The notes beneath the pieces were generated by a model that saw only the letters and a program-made list of their open reading frames with translations, had not been told where the DNA came from and did not search any database. DNA of 64,000 nucleotides from the human T2T-CHM13v2.0 reference genome, Homo sapiens: the NCBI RefSeq assembly GCF_009914755.1, contig NC_060932.1. One strand, given 5' to 3'. Numbering within the stretch: position 1 is the first letter of the stretch; every line of letters starts with the position of its first letter. The translations under genes were made by a program, and so were the position numbers. Below, piece after piece: positions 60,620-64,000 of the stretch.

Positions 60620-61445
60620 CAATAGCTAATAATGCTAATATGTAATACTTGTTGAGCACTTTCTACATTTAAAACACCATGCTATGAGCTGCCTCTCGAT
60701 TCACAGGAAGTCTGAGTGCTATTATTATCCATATTTTTCCATTGAGAAAATCGAGGCTTAAAAAGGCTAAGGTGCTTTCCCAACATCATACAATTACTTA
60801 GGGACAGTTAAAGAACAAATGCAGGTATAAGACCATATCCAAGGGACATTTTTGAAATAAAAGTCATAAAGCCTTTGTAATAAAATGTGCTTAAGTGTTG
60901 AATAGAGCGTAAAACTCAACGATATGGTTATTTAAATGGAAGTCTCTGAAACATGCTATTAATCTTTAAGTGTCATTTTAAAATCAGACGAGCAGTTATC
61001 CACCTATTATTTTCACTAAAGTAGTCCAAAAACCTACATATTTATAACATCTTAAATGTATTAATTTCTTTAAAAATATTTGCACCGATGTCAACATTAA
61101 AGCCTTATTAAATAGGGTTCTATTGTTATATATCAAATTGAATAAAGACCAGCTAAGAAAGAGAAACTTTAAAAAGGCAATTAATTCAGAATAGAGACCA
61201 ATAAAATAATGATAATAGCAATAATTACTCTCTGTATTTAGAGCATATAGCATGCAAAGCACTTGACTAGCAGCTCAGTTTACACTCAAGCTAAAACACA
61301 GAATCCTTACAAAGTGGTATTTTCATCCCCATTTTTAAATGGGTAAAATGAGATCTTAAGATCTCAGAGATCTTAAATGCATGTTCTTAGCAGAGCTGGA
61401 ATTTGAACTCAACCAGCAGGGCTCTTAACCATTATAGTGTGTTGT
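60620..61445 (-). mobile_element. Two MIR elements (about 60620-60840 and 61210-61445)
   Basis: attattatccatatttttccattgagaaaatcgaggct; catccccattttt...cagagctggaatttgaactc...gctcttaaccatt. Confidence 0.7.
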
Positions 61446-61949
61446 CTCAGCACAAACCTATCCCATTACCAGAAATAACATAAAGCCATATCCTACTAGT
61501 GGAACTCTGACAGCTGTCTATTGATGAAAGAATTGACCAAAAAAAATTCGACCAATTTGAAATGGAAAGGCAAGAAATATAGAACAATTTGTATCCATTT
61601 ATTACACATAAAAATATGTTGCTGCCTACATTTTTACTATAATGGAAAGCAGAAAAGAAAGAGGCAAGGTTATATTTGTGGTTATTAAAAATAATAGAAA
61701 TAAAATTTATTCATATACATATCCAAGTTTAGCCATATATATGCCAAATATATGTCAAATAACATTTTAAAGTAACTACAATATGAAGAACATTTCCACT
61801 CCAACTGCTTTTTCACTGTTTCTCCTTCTCATCCCTTATTTTGTTTTATTTCCTTCTTTATAATTTTTTGAGAGGGTAAAGCAATAGATAGAAGCACTCT
61901 CTTCTTAACACCATCAAATCCATCACCTCACTGGTATTTACATCCATAT

Positions 61950-62790
61950 TTTGTTTCCTTGTCTTTTAAAATGGAGAAGTTGGCCTTGTTCTGTAAAAAG
62001 CCAACCCTAGTTCTTGTGTTGCTAGTATTAAACACTGTTAAGGACTTACTCCTAAATGTTCTTCATCTCCTCTGCATCACTAGCACATTGGATCATTCTC
62101 AGTCGCATGTACAGTACTATACTGGATCATTCTCAACAGCATGTAATTGTGGCTTCTATCTTCCATTTTAAATAAACAAACAAAACTTTATAATATCCCC
62201 ATCCTCTTTCAGCTGCTTTCCCATTTCTCTGCTTTCTTTAATAGAAAATCTATTAAATATATCTCCTGAGAGAAGTTTCTATACAATTGTCTCCAGTTTT
62301 ATCGTCAGTCTTTCCTCTATTCCACTGTTTTTAAATCCAGGCTGCCATATCCAGTGGTAACTTTTATGGTTTCTTTCAAAAACCTTTCAGCAACATTTAT
62401 TAAAGCTGACTATTCCTTCCTTCTTCAAGCACTGTTTTTTATTTTGTTGTTTTGTTTTTTGGCCTCCGATTCATCAGCCTAGTCTGGTTTTCTTTCTGGC
62501 TTATTTGCTGCTCTCTTTTGGTATCTTTTGCTTTTGTTACTTGATAACCTAATGACTGAGGGCTGGAGTACCTTAGGAATTAGTCCTTAATGCTCTTGTC
62601 CCTTCTTTCCACAATTTCTCACTAAATAACTTCATAAGTTTAAGTATTATTTTTAGCTTGATGCCCCTGAAATTTGTATATCCAGCCTCAACTTTTTTCT
62701 GAGCTCTTAACCATTCTCTTCAAGTGCCTATTTAACTTCTGTACTTAGATATCTGGTAGGTTCCTTAACTTACTATGTCCAAAATATTGT
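61950..62790 (+). mobile_element. Degenerate L2 LINE
   Basis: ttcagcaacattt, tgactattccttcctt, tatatccagcctcaac, cttaacttactatgtccaaa. Confidence 0.6.
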
Positions 62791-64000
62791 AAAATTATAA
62801 AACCTTTTAATCTTCTGATTTAGAAAGTAAAAATGTAAAAAATAAGTATAAAATTTCACCTATATAAATTTTTCCTAGACAATTGATGTCATTGTAAATG
62901 TACTTCTAATTTATTATAATAACCATATAAAAATATGTTTTAGAAATTGTTCAAAATAGAAGGTAAAAATCGTTGACATAAGAAATAGAGTGAACATTAG
63001 CAAAAATATAAAATCTTCTAATTTTTACACTACTTTTTATGCCAGTGATTTTACTTTGTATGCTACCATTTATTTCTAATAAAATGAGTTTTTCTATCTG
63101 GTTGTTATAATAAATTAGAAATACATTTGCTATGACAAATTTTTACTTTCAAAATAGAACTGTTTCTATTCCACTAAAAACAAATAACTGTACCCATGGC
63201 TAAAATTCTCATTACCCCGAATGTGAAAAAAGATAGACATGTAAAAGTAATGCAATTTTCTAACTGCTTATACGTAGAAGAAACAATTTTTCAAGATATG
63301 TTGTTTTATTCTAATTATATATAAGGAATCTCTTTGAATTCATTGTAAAAGAATGTATGCTTATCTGAGAAAGCATATATTACTTAGAAATTGTTTTTAC
63401 AATGCCATCAATCTTCTTCACTGATCTAAATCCACTGAAAGAGTTCATAGCATTCGTCATTAAGTAACACGTCCTTATCAAATCTAGCTTTGCTATGCCC
63501 TAGGAAGAAATAAATTGTCCATCAGTACAAGAATTTGAAGAGAACTTCTTATTATAGTTAAAAACAAATGAATGAATGAATGAATAAATGAATGAACAAA
63601 ACTGTCATTTGTCATTTCAGTGTATGCTGAAGGTTTATTTATAATATGATATTATTTTGAAGCCAGGAGATGTTTATTTCAAGTGTGCCATAACAATATT
63701 TACATTACATTTTAATCGCTTTACTCTGTTATGAATAACCTAGGGTTTGTTCAGAAAATAACCAGATGGCTCTAACTACTGCAAAATATAACTGAGTTCT
63801 CATTATTGCTACTGTCAATATACTTCTCACTTATTTTATCTTTGCTTCCATCTAGTTGGGAGTATAATTTCACTGGAAATATGCACTTCACTTAATATAG
63901 ATTTCACAAGCCGAGCTGGTGCATATGTAGTTTTCAACTGAAATATGGATGATTACTTGAAGTCAGAGATAAGTTGAATTACCATTGTGGTGACAAGAGC

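Overview
AT-rich primate (most likely human) genomic DNA from the interior of the large neuronal gene CSMD3, transcribed on the minus strand. Five coding exons are present, with canonical AG/GT boundaries and compatible phases: 58231-58040 (192 nt, Sushi), 47835-47697 and 44983-44796 (139+188 nt, one CUB), 33685-33491 (195 nt, Sushi) and 13708-13592 (117 nt, first part of the next CUB). They splice into one 831-nt open frame. The rest is intron, dense with transposable elements: about 15 Alus, an ERVL-class fossil provirus with recognisable protease and RT remnants, a complete MST/MaLR provirus carrying two nested solo LTRs, a full-length Tigger1, MITEs (MADE1, MER1, MER58, Tigger3/4), L1, L2, MIR and microsatellites. 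Only two ORFs in the supplied track overlap real exons; a few others are TE remnants and the rest look spurious. I see no convincing novel biological system. The best leads are splicing-related hypotheses (two candidate poison exons, a TACTAAC/QKI-type element at a skippable Sushi exon, Alu pairs favouring circRNAs) and one unexplained poly(T)-bounded insert. Repeat subfamily names come from memory of consensus sequences and need RepeatMasker/Dfam confirmation.
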